Below are positions 61,471 to 64,000 of a stretch of DNA of 64,000 bases, piece by piece. The stretch lies in the NCBI GenBank assembly GCA_964188305.1, contig OZ076886.1, one strand, 5' to 3'. Each line of letters starts with the position of its first letter. Within the stretch, counting starts at the first letter, position 1. A program made the position numbers and the translations under genes. Source of the DNA: Podarcis bocagei (taxonomy: Eukaryota). The notes below the pieces were generated by a model. The model saw nothing but the letters and a program-made list of their open reading frames with translations. It searched no databases and was not told the origin of the DNA.

Positions 61471-63646
61471 GCGTTGGTCCTGTTGGCTGGGGTTGAAGGA
61501 CACCATGTTGTCTATGCTGCCTATAAGGTGACACAGTATGTGCCATAGTGGGAAACACTAGATCTGAACTCTAAGCCTTTTCTTTTCACACCAAGCTTTA
61601 GCCGTAAATTATTCTGCATATCAATATAACCCTTTGCTATATCTGATGTTATTTAGCCAGATTTATATACACCACGAAATCAAAAGCAAATCAAAACACT
61701 AAACAAACCTGATTAGCATACGTCAGGACTTGAATAATAGTCTTCCACACAAATTACATAAAATGTGATCAATCTGGGTTATTAAGCAGAAATATTTTTA
61801 AAAGCCCTGTTCTTAAGGGAGCATAATCATTGATTATTGTGAAGGAATAGCTTTTCGTGCAATAAACATGCTACAAAAGTGTCAAGCATGGTGCTGAGAT
61901 GTGAAGCTAAATAAAATAGAAGTTTAGGCTCAATTCAAGGGGGATGAGAGAAGAAGAGTGGGCTAGCATAAAGGAGAATGCCTGTATATGTACTTCCATA
62001 TTCCTGAGAATGGTTATGGTCCAAAAATTAAGCCATCAGGAAAAGTGGAATGTGCAGTATTCAAACCATAAATCAATGTATTACTTCAAGAGAATCACAT
62101 GGACATTTTTAAAAAAATTCAGTAGTTGTTAAATATGAATGAAATGCTCACTCATATCATATATTTATATCAAATGAAGTTTGAGTTAGCCTTCAAAATA
62201 TATCTTGTGCTTTTCCTCCTGCTTCACGTTAAGTAATCTGCCACTTTTTGGTAAATAGTAGGTAGGAATCGTTTTCTGTTTGGCTCTTCAGTATGAATTT
62301 TGAGCTGTCACAAGTGGCAGGACACATCAACTGTTTCATTAGCCGTGCAGCAGAGATCTTTGTGCTCCTCCTGCCTGCTTGGCAGTCTGTGCCCATTAAA
62401 AATTAAATAAAGCCCAGGCACATCTGCTGAATTTGGAAACGTGCAAGGATGTGAATTCCTTTCTGCTCTGGTAGAGAACCAGCTGAAATCACAATGAATA
62501 ATGAATCTCTTTGCGCTAGGCAACTGGGGGTTTGTGCCACTATGCATTTATCATGTATTCCCCCCTTCTCCCCATTATGTTACATTTTTAATCTTGTGCA
62601 TCCATCAGCTGGCTTAAGCCATTTCAAAAATAGCTAAATAAACTTAGGATATTTGTCATTTTTCAGGAACAAATGCTGCCATTCTGTGAGACTTCTGTAT
62701 GGCGAAAAGAATCCAGTATTTAGCTCCTGTTACTGTGAGAGCTCAGTCTGTCTGATGCTCTTTCCCGAAGCAAAGAGACGTTTCGTGCTTGCACAGAGTG
62801 CCTGCTTATTCAGGTCCTTAATTACAGAATACCTAGCATGTCATTATTGCAGTCAAGGTTATTGATTTGCTGGCTTGATTTTATTCATTTACTTGAACAC
62901 ATAGTGCAACCTGCTCCAAGGGTTTAGCTAGCAGTATTGCAGAAGCAAAATTGTGATGATACGTGTTGCAGAGGCTCATGATCTAAAGAGGACTAAGAGA
63001 GGCCAAAAAGGGATAATAGCAATATGCATTTATGTTGTAATTGAACTGATGCAGATGTGTGTGTGTTATATTGTCATTCTAGTGGGCCCAAGCACCAAAG
63101 GAGATTACTCTAGAAAGGAGGTGACGAGAAGATGAAGGGAGGAATTGCTAGGACTATATTTTTATTAATTGATTGCTAGGTCCTTGGAGAAGCTCAGGAA
63201 TCTCCTTCCCAATTTTAAACTCAAAGGAGTTCTGTGAAGTAGGTCAGGCTGAATGATAGTGACATTGGATTGGGGGGGGGTAAGTGGGGATTTTAACCCA
63301 AGTATTTCCAGTCTTAGTATGACACTCTCATGACTGGCTCAGCATCAGCATCTTTGAATAATTGAACTGGGAGTATAATGGGGAGGGAGAAGGAATTTGA
63401 CTGTAGGAGCATCAGGGAAGAGTATGTCAGGAGACTTTCTGCAGGATCAAAGGAATACAGTAACAGGAATGAGGCAGGCTAAGGCATTGCTAGCTTAAAC
63501 CTCATAGGAAGATGTTTGCATTTGCAAATAACCTTATTAGCTTACTTGGGCCTAACTCAGAAGAAGCTGCTGATTTTGGCACTTTGAGAAAGTGTATTGT
63601 ATTTAACTTATTTCCTTTTTTTAATTATGTGTATGGTAATCCACAG

Positions 63647-63840
63647 GTGTTGAGGATAAGGAAAACTGGCATGGCAAACCTCTTCCCAGAAACATGGCTG
63701 AACAAGTCATTTCAGAGATTGATGATAGAATCCAGAACAAGAAAAAGCTTTCTCCAGCCCTTCCGCAGGAAGATGCACCAGTTGTCAGTATCAGAAATGT
63801 CAAGATGCCTTCACCACCAAATTATAAGTTGGGAGAGAAG
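63647..63840 (+). CDS. TKT: Transketolase exon 7 ([13 protein letters not shown]...YKLGEK); gene continues beyond the window
   Basis: ccacag|GT...AAG|gtatga; 194 nt; WHGKP catalytic His. Confidence 0.96.
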
Positions 63841-64000
63841 GTATGATGGTGTTTCTCTGTTCTCCTCAAGCAATTCTAGCTTAGGTTTATATTTGTGATT
63901 GGAAAGGTGCTTTTGCTCACTATTCTGGGAACTGCGTTTTTTATGGAGTTGATTAATAAGAATAAACAACTTTCAGTCCAGAATTCTGTAAAATATTCCA

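Overview
Vertebrate genomic DNA, almost certainly a squamate and probably a lacertid lizard (four Sauria/POM-type SINEs plus CR1, L2, L1 fragments and many TcMar and hAT MITEs). Two spliced genes lie head-to-tail on the + strand. The first is DCP1A (mRNA-decapping co-activator): coding exons 2-10 span 3206-31340, a ~4.6 kb 3' UTR follows, and exon 1 lies upstream of the window. The second is TKT (transketolase): a CpG-island promoter and coding exons 1-7 span 38613-63840, and later exons lie downstream. All 16 exons were spliced by hand with GT-AG boundaries and continuous frame. Almost all ORFs in the supplied track are spurious. I see no new protein-coding system. The best leads are non-coding: (1) a 109-bp tandem array of six 32-bp hairpins inside a Tc2-type MITE in DCP1A intron 1; (2) an inverted MITE pair around DCP1A exons 7-9, whose circle (1035 nt) would be a stop-free endless ORF; (3) a (GTAT)12 microsatellite grown from the TKT exon 5 splice donor; (4) stop codon + AATAAA just inside DCP1A introns 7 and 9; (5) a perfect NRF2 ARE in TKT intron 4; (6) two LTR-like, probably DIRS/Ngaro, promoter/polyA modules in TKT intron 1; (7) a nested fold-back around (AT)25. 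Function for all of these is inference. Human comparisons are from memory and need alignment.
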